Made by a program: the position numbers and the translations under genes. The notes under the pieces are model-generated. The model was not told the origin of the DNA and made no database searches. It saw only the letters and a program-made list of their open reading frames with translations. Below, piece by piece: positions 43,621 through 53,078 of a DNA stretch of 64,000 nt (its first letter is position 1; each line of letters starts with the position of its first letter). The DNA comes from a virus (taxonomy: Duplodnaviria; Heunggongvirae; Uroviricota; Caudoviricetes), in IMG/VR virus record IMGVR_UViG_3300018432_000003, positions 19,394-83,393 of that record, one strand, 5' to 3'.

Positions 43621-45372
43621 ATGCCAGTATATGTAGACGTTGAGACTACGGGGCTAGACCCCCGTCAGGATAAGCTGCGTCTGGTGCAATTCGCTTGGCA
43701 AGGGTTCAGTGGTGTGTTTGACGTGTGGGAGGATGAAGCCAGGGAGTACGTCACCAGACACTTAGGTTATGCTAACGAGCGAGGGGAGACATTCGTAGCA
43801 CACAACGCACAGTTCGACCTCGACTTCCTACAGGAGCACCTTGGCATCAAGTGGGAGGGTAAAGTCTTTGACACTATGGTGGCCTTCCAGATACTCACCA
43901 ACGGTATACACGAACTGCGTCCTACTAAAGAGGGTCCTAAGATGCTCCCTCTCAAGAACGGCTTGGATGATGTAGTTGTGCGGCTTCGTCCGAAGGTACC
44001 AGTGTTCCAGCGTCACGGTGAGTGGGAACCCTACACTATGGACAAGACGTACCAGAAGCCTGAGTGGTATGCAGACCCATACTTCCAAGGTGAGCGCAGC
44101 AGGGTTATGCAGTACGCTGGTGAGGATACCGCTGTCTTGGAACTGATACATCCGGTGTTGGAGGACACCCTGAAAGAGAACCCTAAGCTGTACGACCTCT
44201 TCAAGTTGGAGATGCGGGTACTGCCGATTATACTTGAGGCGACACGGAAGGGTATACGGATAGACGAGGAACGTGCCTCGGAGATTGCACGTACACTCCA
44301 AGGTGAAGTCGATTGGCTGGAAGAGTTCGAAGTGATACCTAACGTGCCGGAGGATGACATCGACGAGTTCAACCCACGCTCGCCAACTGAGATGTCTCGG
44401 TACTTCGACCTCCCTGACGCAACGGAGGATACGTTTAGGGAGTACGTGAAGAACACTAAGGATGCCTTGGCGGAGGCAGTGATGGAGATGAAGAAGAGGA
44501 TGAAGAAGCAGTCCTCTGTGGAGAAGCAGCTACTTGAGAGGATAGCATACGATGGACGTATACATCCCCGGTTCAATCAAACGGGTACGGAGACTGGTCG
44601 CTTTAGCTCTAGCGGTCCCAATCTTCAGAATCAGGACAGGGGTGCTGACATTCGGGGGTTGTTTGTTCCCGCCCCTGGCTGTAAGTTTGTCATTGCTGAT
44701 TATTCTCAGCTTGAACTGAGGCTTGCAGCACTGTTCAGTCGTGACGAGGTAATGCTGGAGGCGTACCAGAAGGCGGAGTCAGACCTACACGGTGAGACAC
44801 AAAGGAGAATCTTTGGCGACCCTGATAAGATGGATAAAGAGACAGCAAAGAAAACTAGAACACTCAGCAAGAACATCAATTTCGGCTTGGTCTTTGGCGG
44901 TGGACATGGTACGCTTATTAAGTTCGCTGCTAAGATGGGCGTTGAAATAGGGGAGGATGAGGCGATTGAGTACAAGGAAGCCTTCCGACAGACCTACCCA
45001 GGACTCTACAGGTGGCAGCGAATTCAAGGGAATGTCAAACCTAACCATGTCACCACGGTCAAGGGACGCCGCCGCTTCATCGAGAGTGGTAAAGCGTATT
45101 GTACGAGGATTAATCACCCTGTACAGGGCAGTGCGGCGGACGGTATGAAGTCAGCACTGATACGTGTCTACCAGGAGGGTATACTCCCGTTGGTGAACGT
45201 CCACGACGAGTTGCTGTGCGAGGTTCCGGCTGAGTATGCGGAAGAGGCAGCGGCGACAGTGATACGTTGCATGGAAGAGGGCATGTACAGTGCTACCGAG
45301 ATGAACCCGGATAACCCTATAGTACCTATCGTAGTTGAAGGAGGCGTGGCAGATTCATGGGCAGAAAAATAG
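43621..45372 (+). CDS. family A DNA polymerase with 3'-5' exonuclease domain
   Basis: Exo motifs VDVETTGLDP and HNAQFDLDFL; pol motifs KKTRTLSKNINFGLVFGGG, RRFIESGK...HPVQGSAADGMK, VHDELLCEVP. Confidence 0.75.
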   Translation: MPVYVDVETTGLDPRQDKLRLVQFAWQGFSGVFDVWEDEAREYVTRHLGYANERGETFVAHNAQFDLDFLQEHLGIKWEGKVFDTMVAFQILTNGIHELRPTKEGPKMLPLKNGLDDVVVRLRPKVPVFQRHGEWEPYTMDKTYQKPEWYADPYFQGERSRVMQYAGEDTAVLELIHPVLEDTLKENPKLYDLFKLEMRVLPIILEATRKGIRIDEERASEIARTLQGEVDWLEEFEVIPNVPEDDIDEFNPRSPTEMSRYFDLPDATEDTFREYVKNTKDALAEAVMEMKKRMKKQSSVEKQLLERIAYDGRIHPRFNQTGTETGRFSSSGPNLQNQDRGADIRGLFVPAPGCKFVIADYSQLELRLAALFSRDEVMLEAYQKAESDLHGETQRRIFGDPDKMDKETAKKTRTLSKNINFGLVFGGGHGTLIKFAAKMGVEIGEDEAIEYKEAFRQTYPGLYRWQRIQGNVKPNHVTTVKGRRRFIESGKAYCTRINHPVQGSAADGMKSALIRVYQEGILPLVNVHDELLCEVPAEYAEEAAATVIRCMEEGMYSATEMNPDNPIVPIVVEGGVADSWAEK

Positions 45373-45665
45373 ACTCTACTTGGACGGCGCGGGAGTTGGA
45401 GATGCTGTCGGAGATGCGGGAAGTTGAGGACACACTAGCACACGTACTGCACTACCCGTTCACTGATTACGGGTATGCTATTGGCGACCACACCGCTGTG
45501 ACGTTGGCGAAGGAAGCTGCACGTAAGCTGAGAGAGAACGACAGCCTAATCACTGACATCGTTGGTGACATGGAGAGTGAGGCGATAGGGGAGTGTGGCA
45601 AGTGCGGCACTCTCCTGTTCTCTGAAGGTGACATGTGTGCCTGCGACATGTTCGAGGGGGAGTAA
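45357..45665 (+). CDS. hypothetical Cys-rich protein (102 aa)
   Basis: ECGKCG ... CAC. Confidence 0.45.
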   Translation: MGRKIDSTWTARELEMLSEMREVEDTLAHVLHYPFTDYGYAIGDHTAVTLAKEAARKLRENDSLITDIVGDMESEAIGECGKCGTLLFSEGDMCACDMFEGE

Positions 45666-46033
45666 TGGCTGTAGTGTGGCCGTGGAGCGGTAAGCAAGAG
45701 CACATCGAGAACATGGACCCTGACATGTACGTGTGGACTATACGTGCTAACGAGCCTGACCCTACGAGCATATACACTAGCATCGACGGGTTATTGTGTG
45801 ACTGTGCGTGGACTAAGAGGAAGGAAATCTACTCCCACCACTGGTTCGAGAAGGGCAAACCCCAACCCCACATACTGAGCATGACTCTCTTGGAATACTT
45901 GAAGCTGAACTTGGCAGAGGTTGAGGGCATGAACCCCTTCTGGACTATCGGCAGGCATGAGTTCTTGGATGCCTGGACGGGACACCACGGACACCACGGG
46001 GAGATAGCGACAGCCCTAGCGAGTAGGTTGTAG
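45665..46033 (+). CDS. hypothetical protein (~122 aa)
   Basis: ATG 45665 (track 45635). Confidence 0.45.
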   Translation: MAVVWPWSGKQEHIENMDPDMYVWTIRANEPDPTSIYTSIDGLLCDCAWTKRKEIYSHHWFEKGKPQPHILSMTLLEYLKLNLAEVEGMNPFWTIGRHEFLDAWTGHHGHHGEIATALASRL

Positions 46034-46191
46034 ATGCCGTGTGAGACTTGTCAGATGGATACGTGCGTGTGTGGCAGAGAGCCGTACAGCGAAGAAGAGG
46101 AATACGTACAGGTCATCGACCACACGACTGCCTGCATAATGGATGGCATGCCGGAGTGTAGTTGTCCAGCGAGCACTGTGAGGATAAGGAT

Positions 46192-46575
46192 ATGATTATA
46201 CCCAACGGTACGGAAGTGAACGTGACTTACGAGGACCTCGGAGTTGGTGAGGTAATCAAGCACGGCAAGAACGTAATCAACCAGGACAGGTACCTAGTTG
46301 AGTTTAGTGACGGTGAGAGGCGGTGGCTGCACTGGAGCCATATAGACCAGCCCTTGCCAAACCTAAAAGAGTATGGTACAATAAGACTGTACGACAAACT
46401 GGATGTAATCGAGACTGAGGATTGGACAGTCATTAAGGTGAATGGTTTGACGCAGTACAGTGGGCATAACATAGATGGTAGGGACTTGTTGAACGTGCTG
46501 AAGATAAAGCACAACTACCTGTACGTTGATGACCCTGAGCAGTTCGACTACATAGTGGAGAGCATGTATGGCTGA
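46192..46575 (+). CDS. hypothetical protein (~127 aa)
   Basis: ATG 46192 (track 46162). Confidence 0.45.
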   Translation: MIIPNGTEVNVTYEDLGVGEVIKHGKNVINQDRYLVEFSDGERRWLHWSHIDQPLPNLKEYGTIRLYDKLDVIETEDWTVIKVNGLTQYSGHNIDGRDLLNVLKIKHNYLYVDDPEQFDYIVESMYG

Positions 46576-47059
46576 GTATGATACGTACGTAACTGGCGCT
46601 GGTGAGGTCTTGCGTTACTGTCACACATCGGACAAGTGTGCCGGTGACTACTGCCCGATACACAACCCTTCCCCACATGCGGAGTCGATTGGTTACACGA
46701 GTTGGCGTTACGACCGCAAGATAATGGAGAGGATATGTGAGCATGGAGTCGGACACCCCGACCCTGACGACATTAATATACGTGAGGGCGGGTACTATGC
46801 GGGTGTGCATGGGTGTGACGGTTGCTGCAACGTCCTGCACATGGCGCAGGACGAGAGCGGCACGTACGGTATACCTCCTGCCCTAGACGAGAACGGAGAT
46901 GTGATAAGGGTGGACAATGGTAGTCCAGTCAGTTACAAGGAATCTTGGAATGATTTGAAGTCCGCCATCAAGGGGGTGAAGCAACTGTACGGTGATGACG
47001 AAGTGAGCATCGAACTACTCTTGGCATACATGGAGAAGAAGGAGAAGCGAATGCAATGA
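46568..47059 (+). CDS. Cys/His-rich putative metal-binding protein (163 aa)
   Basis: CHTSDKCAGDYCPIHNP ... CEHGVGHPD ... HGCDGCCN. Confidence 0.45.
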   Translation: MAEYDTYVTGAGEVLRYCHTSDKCAGDYCPIHNPSPHAESIGYTSWRYDRKIMERICEHGVGHPDPDDINIREGGYYAGVHGCDGCCNVLHMAQDESGTYGIPPALDENGDVIRVDNGSPVSYKESWNDLKSAIKGVKQLYGDDEVSIELLLAYMEKKEKRMQ

Positions 47060-47283
47060 ACCCTGAAATCAAGCTACCAGAGAGTGAACTGTCGGAAGTC
47101 AAGATAAACGTGCTACAGACGTGGGGTGATTTAGAGCACATCCTAAAGTACAGCGACCAGGAGGATACCGTTGAGGCCCTCGCGTGGTGTGCGAAGAATC
47201 ACGTTGACTACCTGTGGTGCCTAGTAACTGGAGAGCATCTGCATGAAAAAGGCGGACGAGGCGCTATTAGAGAGTCGCATTAG
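47056..47283 (+). CDS. hypothetical protein (75 aa)
   Basis: ORF. Confidence 0.4.
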   Translation: MNPEIKLPESELSEVKINVLQTWGDLEHILKYSDQEDTVEALAWCAKNHVDYLWCLVTGEHLHEKGGRGAIRESH

Positions 47284-47425
47284 CACAATCAATGTGGCGT
47301 TGATACAACTGAAGAAGGACGTGGAGGACGAGTGTCTCCCGTGCTTGGAACACCACCAGAAGGTGATAACTGACACGTTGTATGAGATATCCTTCGACCT
47401 GGAGGAAAAACTTGAGCAGCAATAA
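47243..47425 (+). CDS. hypothetical coiled-coil protein (60 aa)
   Basis: ORF. Confidence 0.35.
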   Translation: MKKADEALLESRISTINVALIQLKKDVEDECLPCLEHHQKVITDTLYEISFDLEEKLEQQ

Positions 47426-48014
47426 GACGCTCTACATCGACATAGACTCCACGATATGGGCACCCGAGCCTGAGTATGACAAGGTGGAGTATGCGATGTA
47501 CGGCACCACTCGCTTGAGTAAGGAGTGGTTCGAGCCTGACGAGTTGGTGGAGATATACGGCCCTGACTTCAAGCAGATATTCTGGAAGGCCCTCGCGCCT
47601 GAGAAGGTTGCAGAGAGGGAGATGTTCCCACACGTCGGGGAGACTCTGGACCAACTGAACTTCATGGGGTACAACATCCACTTCCTGACCCACACCCACT
47701 TCCCTGACGAGATGCGTAAGCCTCTACATGCGTGGATAAGTGAATGTACGTTAGCACCCTTCGAGATAACCCCTACGGAGGAAGCGAACGACAAGATTGA
47801 CATAATTGCAGAGGACCCATCTGCGTGGGGGGTTATTGAGGATAGGGTGTCCACACTCACAAAGGCAGTGGAGGAAGGATACTACGCCTTCGGTAAGCGC
47901 ACCCACGTGAACGACGTGGACATCCCAGGTGTTCGTTGGTTCGACGATTGGAGGCTAATCCCTAGCAAAGTGAGGTTCGCTGAGGCGCAGGACGCATGGA
48001 GGGTACCGGCTTGA
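47412..48014 (+). CDS. HAD-superfamily hydrolase (putative nucleotidase/phosphatase)
   Basis: Motif I LYIDIDSTIW (DxDxT); TTG start after GGAGGA (track 47382). Confidence 0.45.
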   Translation: MSSNKTLYIDIDSTIWAPEPEYDKVEYAMYGTTRLSKEWFEPDELVEIYGPDFKQIFWKALAPEKVAEREMFPHVGETLDQLNFMGYNIHFLTHTHFPDEMRKPLHAWISECTLAPFEITPTEEANDKIDIIAEDPSAWGVIEDRVSTLTKAVEEGYYAFGKRTHVNDVDIPGVRWFDDWRLIPSKVRFAEAQDAWRVPA

Positions 48015-48039
48015 CATTGACGGCGGAACGTGGTATAAT
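48011..48039 (+). promoter_or_regulatory. sigma70-type promoter TTGACA-N17-TGgTATAAT
   Basis: cTTGACAttgacggcggaacgtggTATAATg. Confidence 0.55.
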
Positions 48040-48073
48040 GGAAGGTAGTTTAGTCGAAGTAAAAGGAGAGAGT

Positions 48074-48607
48074 GTGACGGATTTCAAAGAAGCGCAGAGG
48101 TTCGGTGGTTCTGACTTCACGCCAGCGCCAGGGGTTTTCCTCACTGAGCCGGAGGAAGAGGACCTGAACCAGTTGGTTGAGTTGCTGTTGAGTATCGACA
48201 TCGACCCCGCCGACTTGCAGGAACTCGATACGTTCGAACAGATGTTCGCTGCGTTGTATGCGTGGAAGTTCAAGACTATGATTTCCAAGCAGAAGGACTA
48301 CGGTCCTGAGAACATATCCAAGGCTGGCGAGAAGGGTATAATCACACGGACGCAGGATAAGCTCGAAAGGAATAAGGTACTCATTGGTGACGAGGAACAG
48401 CAGATTAAGCGCATCAAGCGCCTGCTCTCTGAGGACGAGCCTGAGACTCTCACTGAGATGAACAACTTCCTCAACACCCTGGACAGTATAATCTACCCGG
48501 AGGCCCAGAACGAGAGCATCCTCGACACTTGGGGTGACATGGGTAACTACGGAGACATCGGTGTGACTGTACACGTCGGTGCGTGGCCTAAGCCTCTCGC
48601 GTCATGA
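48074..48607 (+). CDS. hypothetical protein (possible DUF1599/MazG-like nucleotide-metabolism helper)
   Basis: GTG after AAAGGAGAG; QKDYGPENISKAGEKGIITRTQDKLERNKVL segment. Confidence 0.35.
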   Translation: MTDFKEAQRFGGSDFTPAPGVFLTEPEEEDLNQLVELLLSIDIDPADLQELDTFEQMFAALYAWKFKTMISKQKDYGPENISKAGEKGIITRTQDKLERNKVLIGDEEQQIKRIKRLLSEDEPETLTEMNNFLNTLDSIIYPEAQNESILDTWGDMGNYGDIGVTVHVGAWPKPLAS

Positions 48608-48840
48608 ACGAAGAACCTAAGTACGAGTTGACGAACCACAGAGCGAGAGAGTACTCAGCACCTTGGACGGAGGGTAACATGACGAAGAACGCCGCACCAC
48701 TGACTGGTGACTTCGAAGAGTTCACGAAGAAGAAGGACCGCAACTTTAGGTTCGGCTTGGAAGTAACCAGGAACGAATGGGTAATGATTGCGTGGGCCTT
48801 GGGTGCCACCATCCTCGGTGGGATAATCACAGGGCTGTAA
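48604..48840 (+). CDS. small membrane protein (C-terminal TM)
   Basis: WVMIAWALGATILGGIITGL. Confidence 0.45.
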   Translation: MNEEPKYELTNHRAREYSAPWTEGNMTKNAAPLTGDFEEFTKKKDRNFRFGLEVTRNEWVMIAWALGATILGGIITGL

Positions 48841-48943
48841 ACAGGGGCCTAGAATCCTCTCTCCCGTTTGGGGGGTGTCTAACTACCTAGACGCCCTCCA
48901 ATCGCGTCAGTGAGGCCAGGAGAGGGGCTACAGAGGACGTGAC

Positions 48944-49144
48944 ATGATTGAAGTCAGGGACTACAAGGATAATCTCATTGCTACGGTGCATTCTGACAGA
49001 CCTGTGCCTAGGAAGGATGAGACTTTCATCAATAACACATCAATGTACCTAGTGAATGCTGTACACCATGAGTACAAGAGTGGTTATTACCACCGTACTG
49101 TCATACTGGTGTCGTTCACTGCTGATATAGGATACGGAGGTTAA
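48944..49144 (+). CDS. hypothetical protein (66 aa)
   Basis: ORF. Confidence 0.4.
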   Translation: MIEVRDYKDNLIATVHSDRPVPRKDETFINNTSMYLVNAVHHEYKSGYYHRTVILVSFTADIGYGG

Positions 49145-49145
49145 C

Positions 49146-49430
49146 GTGGAGGGAATGTTCCTGGTGACTGGTGGGTATGACTACGAGGGTGAAGTCCCTC
49201 TGATGCCCACCAGCACCTTAGAGGGTGCCGTTGAAACGTGTGTGCGGTACGCTGAGTACGACTATCACGACAGCTACCAGATATACCTCATGGAGTTGGA
49301 CGAGGAAGTGGAAGAGTTGTGGTGGTTCCGACCGAGTAACCTCAGAGGCGTTGGACTGGAGGCAGTGGATTACATAGTACAGAATATACTTGCCGAGAGG
49401 GATAAGTCTGCACCTGGATGGAGGGCGTGA
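49146..49430 (+). CDS. hypothetical acidic protein (94 aa)
   Basis: ORF. Confidence 0.45.
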   Translation: MEGMFLVTGGYDYEGEVPLMPTSTLEGAVETCVRYAEYDYHDSYQIYLMELDEEVEELWWFRPSNLRGVGLEAVDYIVQNILAERDKSAPGWRA

Positions 49431-49636
49431 TGGTGAAAGCCATAGTGATAGGTACTGGTATAGTCGGCGTCTTTGTAGCGGTTAGGGCGCTGAGGAAGAA
49501 CGTACAGGATAGTGTTGAGAGACAGGAGAGGTATGAGCAGGCGGTGAGGACCAGGAAGCACCAGCCAGTTAGGAGAAGGGAGAGCACATACACTAGTCCT
49601 GGCAGCATGCTCGCTCCCGGAATGGGGATGGGATAA
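49418..49636 (+). CDS. small membrane protein (N-terminal TM)
   Basis: VKAIVIGTGIVGVFVAV. Confidence 0.4.
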   Translation: MEGVMVKAIVIGTGIVGVFVAVRALRKNVQDSVERQERYEQAVRTRKHQPVRRRESTYTSPGSMLAPGMGMG

Positions 49637-49911
49637 TGTACAAGAAGTTACTGGCCGTAGTGATGACCCTGGTGGTTGCACTCACCATGTCACTCGCAAC
49701 ACCTGAGCCTGCACATGCGAGCATCAGTTGTTACGGGAACACGCACTACCATAGACACTGGCACCCACCTGTGAAGCACGTCAACACTGGTGCCACATAC
49801 TCACCTGACCGTGTAGTGTACCGCATATGGGATAAGAAGGTGGACCGCAACCGCGACGGCAACTACAAGCACCAGAAGTACTTGCTCGCATCCTGTGGGT
49901 ACCCAACATGA
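49636..49911 (+). CDS. secreted small protein (signal peptide ... AHA)
   Basis: MYKKLLAVVMTLVVALTMSLATPEPAHA. Confidence 0.45.
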   Translation: MYKKLLAVVMTLVVALTMSLATPEPAHASISCYGNTHYHRHWHPPVKHVNTGATYSPDRVVYRIWDKKVDRNRDGNYKHQKYLLASCGYPT

Positions 49912-50015
49912 TTAGGCATAAGATACAACTCGGGTGGCAGTGGTGGACTGTAGGTGTTGGTTTACTCATAGGACTCGCTGCTATACATGATGTATTCTAC
50001 ATGTAGGAGGTATTA

Positions 50016-51368
50016 GTGGCACAGATACAACGACCTAATGAGGTAGACGGTGAACGCGAACTTCTTACTGCGTGTTTCAGGAGCGAGAACCCCAACTTCG
50101 ACAAAGAGGATTGCATCAAGTATACTCTTTCCGGGTTGGATGCTAACCACTTCGCACACCCGTGGTATCAGAAGATATACGTGTCATTGCAGGAGGCTGT
50201 AGCTGACGCTGGTAAGGGGGAGGTATCCTGGGCTGACGTACTAGGTTACATTGCAAAGGAATCACAGGCTAGGACTGTACTTAGGGAGATGGCTACGGCT
50301 ACGGATGTCAAGCCGGTCACCCCTAAGAGAGTTGAACGTATAATCGGTAACATCCAGACTGCCTACCAGAACCGGCGTGTGGCTACGCTGGCGAAACAGG
50401 TTGAGGCTAGGGCGGAGGTCAACGACAGTACTGCCATCGAGATAATGATGGATGGACTGTACGAGATTACACGTAATAGGTTCACTGCCGGTGCTCAGCC
50501 TATCGAGCACTACATTGATGGTGTTAAGGAAGAGGTTACACGTAGACGGAACACGTCCGGTGTTGTGGGTATCCCCACTGGAATGACCCCCTTCGATGAC
50601 GTAATCGGTGGGTTGCAGAAGAAGATGCTAGTGTATATCGGGGCACGCCCTGGTATGCGTAAGAGTGTCGTCGTGAATGAGTTAGCGTACAACATCGCAG
50701 AGCATGTGGGCAAGCGTTCCCTGATTGCAAGCCCTGAGATGGCAGCAGAGCAGTACATTATGCGGAATGCATGCCACCTTGCTGGCGTTGACTACGACCT
50801 CTACAACAAAGGTACGTACACTGAGGAACAGGAGGCTAAGATACAGTCTGTCCTTGAGCATCTCAGGGGCAAGAACATAATCATCAATGAGGCTGGCGAG
50901 CAGGGTATTCACAGTATACGACAGGACCTCATTCGGTACCAGCCGGATGTACTGTTGGTGGACTACGCACAGTTGTTCCTACCTTCACGCCCGTCATACA
51001 ACGAGTACAAGGATGTCAGCATGTTCAGCCGGGAGTTGAATGCCTTGAAGAAGGATTTCAACATACCCATCGTAGCTGCTGTGCAGTTGTCGAGGAAGGT
51101 CGAGGAACGTAACCCTCCCCGTCCGATTGCAAGTGACCTCCGTGCCACTGGACAGCTTGAGCAGGATGCCGACGCAATCTTCATGCTCTACCATGCAGCA
51201 TTCTACGCTGACGTTGACGACTTCGGGAACTACACGTTGGGTGGGGAGACTGTAGACCCGACTATACTTGAGTTCATCTGCGCGAAGAACCGTCACGGGA
51301 AGCCGATTGACACTGACATGTATGTGAAAGATGGCGAGATGTGGCTCTACAATGAGTACCCCGAGTGA
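50016..51368 (+). CDS. dnaB: replicative DNA helicase, DnaB-like
   Basis: GIPTGMTPFDDVIGGLQ ... GARPGMRKS (Walker A) ... SPEMAAEQYIMR ... VQLSR ... DLRATGQLEQDAD; GTG start after AGGAGG. Confidence 0.75.
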   Translation: MAQIQRPNEVDGERELLTACFRSENPNFDKEDCIKYTLSGLDANHFAHPWYQKIYVSLQEAVADAGKGEVSWADVLGYIAKESQARTVLREMATATDVKPVTPKRVERIIGNIQTAYQNRRVATLAKQVEARAEVNDSTAIEIMMDGLYEITRNRFTAGAQPIEHYIDGVKEEVTRRRNTSGVVGIPTGMTPFDDVIGGLQKKMLVYIGARPGMRKSVVVNELAYNIAEHVGKRSLIASPEMAAEQYIMRNACHLAGVDYDLYNKGTYTEEQEAKIQSVLEHLRGKNIIINEAGEQGIHSIRQDLIRYQPDVLLVDYAQLFLPSRPSYNEYKDVSMFSRELNALKKDFNIPIVAAVQLSRKVEERNPPRPIASDLRATGQLEQDADAIFMLYHAAFYADVDDFGNYTLGGETVDPTILEFICAKNRHGKPIDTDMYVKDGEMWLYNEYPE

Positions 51369-51882
51369 CACTCCTTTGAGGCGTTGTTGCGGTGATGGCC
51401 CGTCCGGGACACCGCCTCACTTTACTGACCCTAAGAAGTTTAGCAAGGACAAGACTACTGGCAACAGGCGGGGTCAGTGTAAGGACTGCAACAAGATTGT
51501 GAACACACGGAGGAACCCTAGGACTAACGCAGACCCTAAGTATGACCCTGCGAGGGCTAGGGCGAGGGAACGTCGTCAACAGTTGGAGGAACGTGCGTGG
51601 ATTGAACCAGGGTGGAACAAACCGAAGTCACTAGCATTCTGGGGCAGGCGTTGTTACATCTGCGGACAGGAGATTGAGGGCCTGATACACTACGACCACG
51701 TTATACCAGTGACGAAAGGGGGAGAGTGGAGTGTAGCTAACGTGCGTCCAACACACGAGCCTTGCAACCTGTGGAAGAGTGACACACTGTTGCAGGATTT
51801 AGACTGGTCACAGGTGCCCTTGACAAGTGAACAGAAGTGTGGTATAATGTATATAGAAGGTCAGAAAACGGAGGGAGTTTGA
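51331..51882 (+). CDS. HNH endonuclease
   Basis: CYICGQ ... HYDHVIPVTKGGEWSVANVRPTHEPCNLWKSD; 38-nt overlap with dnaB 3' end. Confidence 0.65.
   Translation: MARCGSTMSTPSDTPLRRCCGDGPSGTPPHFTDPKKFSKDKTTGNRRGQCKDCNKIVNTRRNPRTNADPKYDPARARARERRQQLEERAWIEPGWNKPKSLAFWGRRCYICGQEIEGLIHYDHVIPVTKGGEWSVANVRPTHEPCNLWKSDTLLQDLDWSQVPLTSEQKCGIMYIEGQKTEGV
51820..51848 (+). promoter_or_regulatory. sigma70-type promoter TTGACA-N17-TGgTATAAT inside HNH gene 3' end
   Basis: cTTGACAagtgaacagaagtgtggTATAATg. Confidence 0.5.
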
Positions 51883-52034
51883 TGGTATACTTGGTGTTTG
51901 ATGCAGACGGGAAGTTCGTCGCAGCACACAGGAATCAGCAGAAGGCTGAGGACATCGAGGACATGGAAGTGGGCGGTACCGGAGAGGTAATACCCTTCGA
52001 GAGCGCACTAGTGTACAACGACAGGGAGGCGTAA
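51882..52034 (+). CDS. hypothetical small protein (50 aa)
   Basis: ATG after GGAGGGAG. Confidence 0.35.
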   Translation: MVYLVFDADGKFVAAHRNQQKAEDIEDMEVGGTGEVIPFESALVYNDREA

Positions 52035-52036
52035 AG

Positions 52037-52426
52037 TTGGGTGAGTTCAATGCCAACGACAGTAAGCACCTAGTACGGCTGCAAGGTACACCGTACATCA
52101 CAGTCGTGGGTTTGCAGGCACGCCTTGCAGACCAGAAGAAGGTTGTATCCAGAACCGACTCTGACTTGATTCAGATTCCCGACGACACCAACGAGAATGT
52201 TGCTATCGTCCGTTACAAGGTCTGGGTTGCTTTCAAGAACGACCAGGGCGAGGTCATAGAGCGTGGTCCTTACACCGCACTAGGTGATGCAAGCCCGAAG
52301 AACGTGAACAGCAAGCTGTCGAGCGCACTGATTCGTATGGCTGAGACTCGCGGTTATGGCCGTGGGTTGAGGGTAGCTACTAGGGCGGACTACACCGCAC
52401 TGGAGGAACTACCGCCTAGTGAATGA
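52037..52426 (+). CDS. hypothetical protein, possible ssDNA-binding/recombination protein (context with SSB)
   Basis: ORF; RMAETRGYGRGLRVA segment; function inferred only from neighbourhood. Confidence 0.35.
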   Translation: MGEFNANDSKHLVRLQGTPYITVVGLQARLADQKKVVSRTDSDLIQIPDDTNENVAIVRYKVWVAFKNDQGEVIERGPYTALGDASPKNVNSKLSSALIRMAETRGYGRGLRVATRADYTALEELPPSE

Positions 52427-52703
52427 CGAGAAACTGATTCAGGAGTTCCTAGAGGAACATGAGCAACGGAAAGGAGTGTACGACAAGGAACAGTATCAGG
52501 CGCTTGTGAATGTAGTGAAGGAGTTGGAAGGATACCTCGCAGACGACGAGGGAGATGCCATCCTGATTGCAGGGAGGCGTCTTGAGAATGCCGGTAAGAG
52601 TCTACAGCAGCATGGTGACAATGTGTGGACTCGCTACAAGACCGCAGAGATACTAACTGAGGTGGCTCAGCAGGAGTCGTCTATACAGAAAGAGAGTGAC
52701 TGA
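52419..52703 (+). CDS. hypothetical protein (94 aa)
   Basis: ORF. Confidence 0.45.
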   Translation: MNDEKLIQEFLEEHEQRKGVYDKEQYQALVNVVKELEGYLADDEGDAILIAGRRLENAGKSLQQHGDNVWTRYKTAEILTEVAQQESSIQKESD

Positions 52704-53078
52704 ATGGCTTACAGCAAGACGATAATTGAGGGCAACATTGCACGGATGGACGAACTGACTCAGACGAAGGGTGGGCATGATGTCCTCAACTTCTCAGTGG
52801 CAGTTGACAGGGACTTCAACAAGGATGGAGTCACTGACTTCTTCCCTGTGACCGCGTGGAGGAAGCTCGCGGAGAATGTTGCAAGGCTCAAGAACGTCGG
52901 TGACCCAGTGTTGGTTGAGGGTCGCTTGCAGTTTGACCCGTACGAGAAGGACGGCCAGAAGCGTATATCGACTTCCCTCGTAGCCGATAGGGTCGTGTTC
53001 CTTCGCGGTGGTAAGAACGAGGGTGGTGGAGGCAACGCAACTACGACTAGCGGTGACACTGAAGATGTCCCGTTCTAA
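52704..53078 (+). CDS. ssb: single-stranded DNA-binding protein
   Basis: OB-fold pattern IEGNIARMDELTQTKGG ... DFFPVTAWRKLAENV ... GRLQFDPYEKDGQKR; Gly-rich linker and acidic tail TEDVPF. Confidence 0.7.
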   Translation: MAYSKTIIEGNIARMDELTQTKGGHDVLNFSVAVDRDFNKDGVTDFFPVTAWRKLAENVARLKNVGDPVLVEGRLQFDPYEKDGQKRISTSLVADRVVFLRGGKNEGGGGNATTTSGDTEDVPF

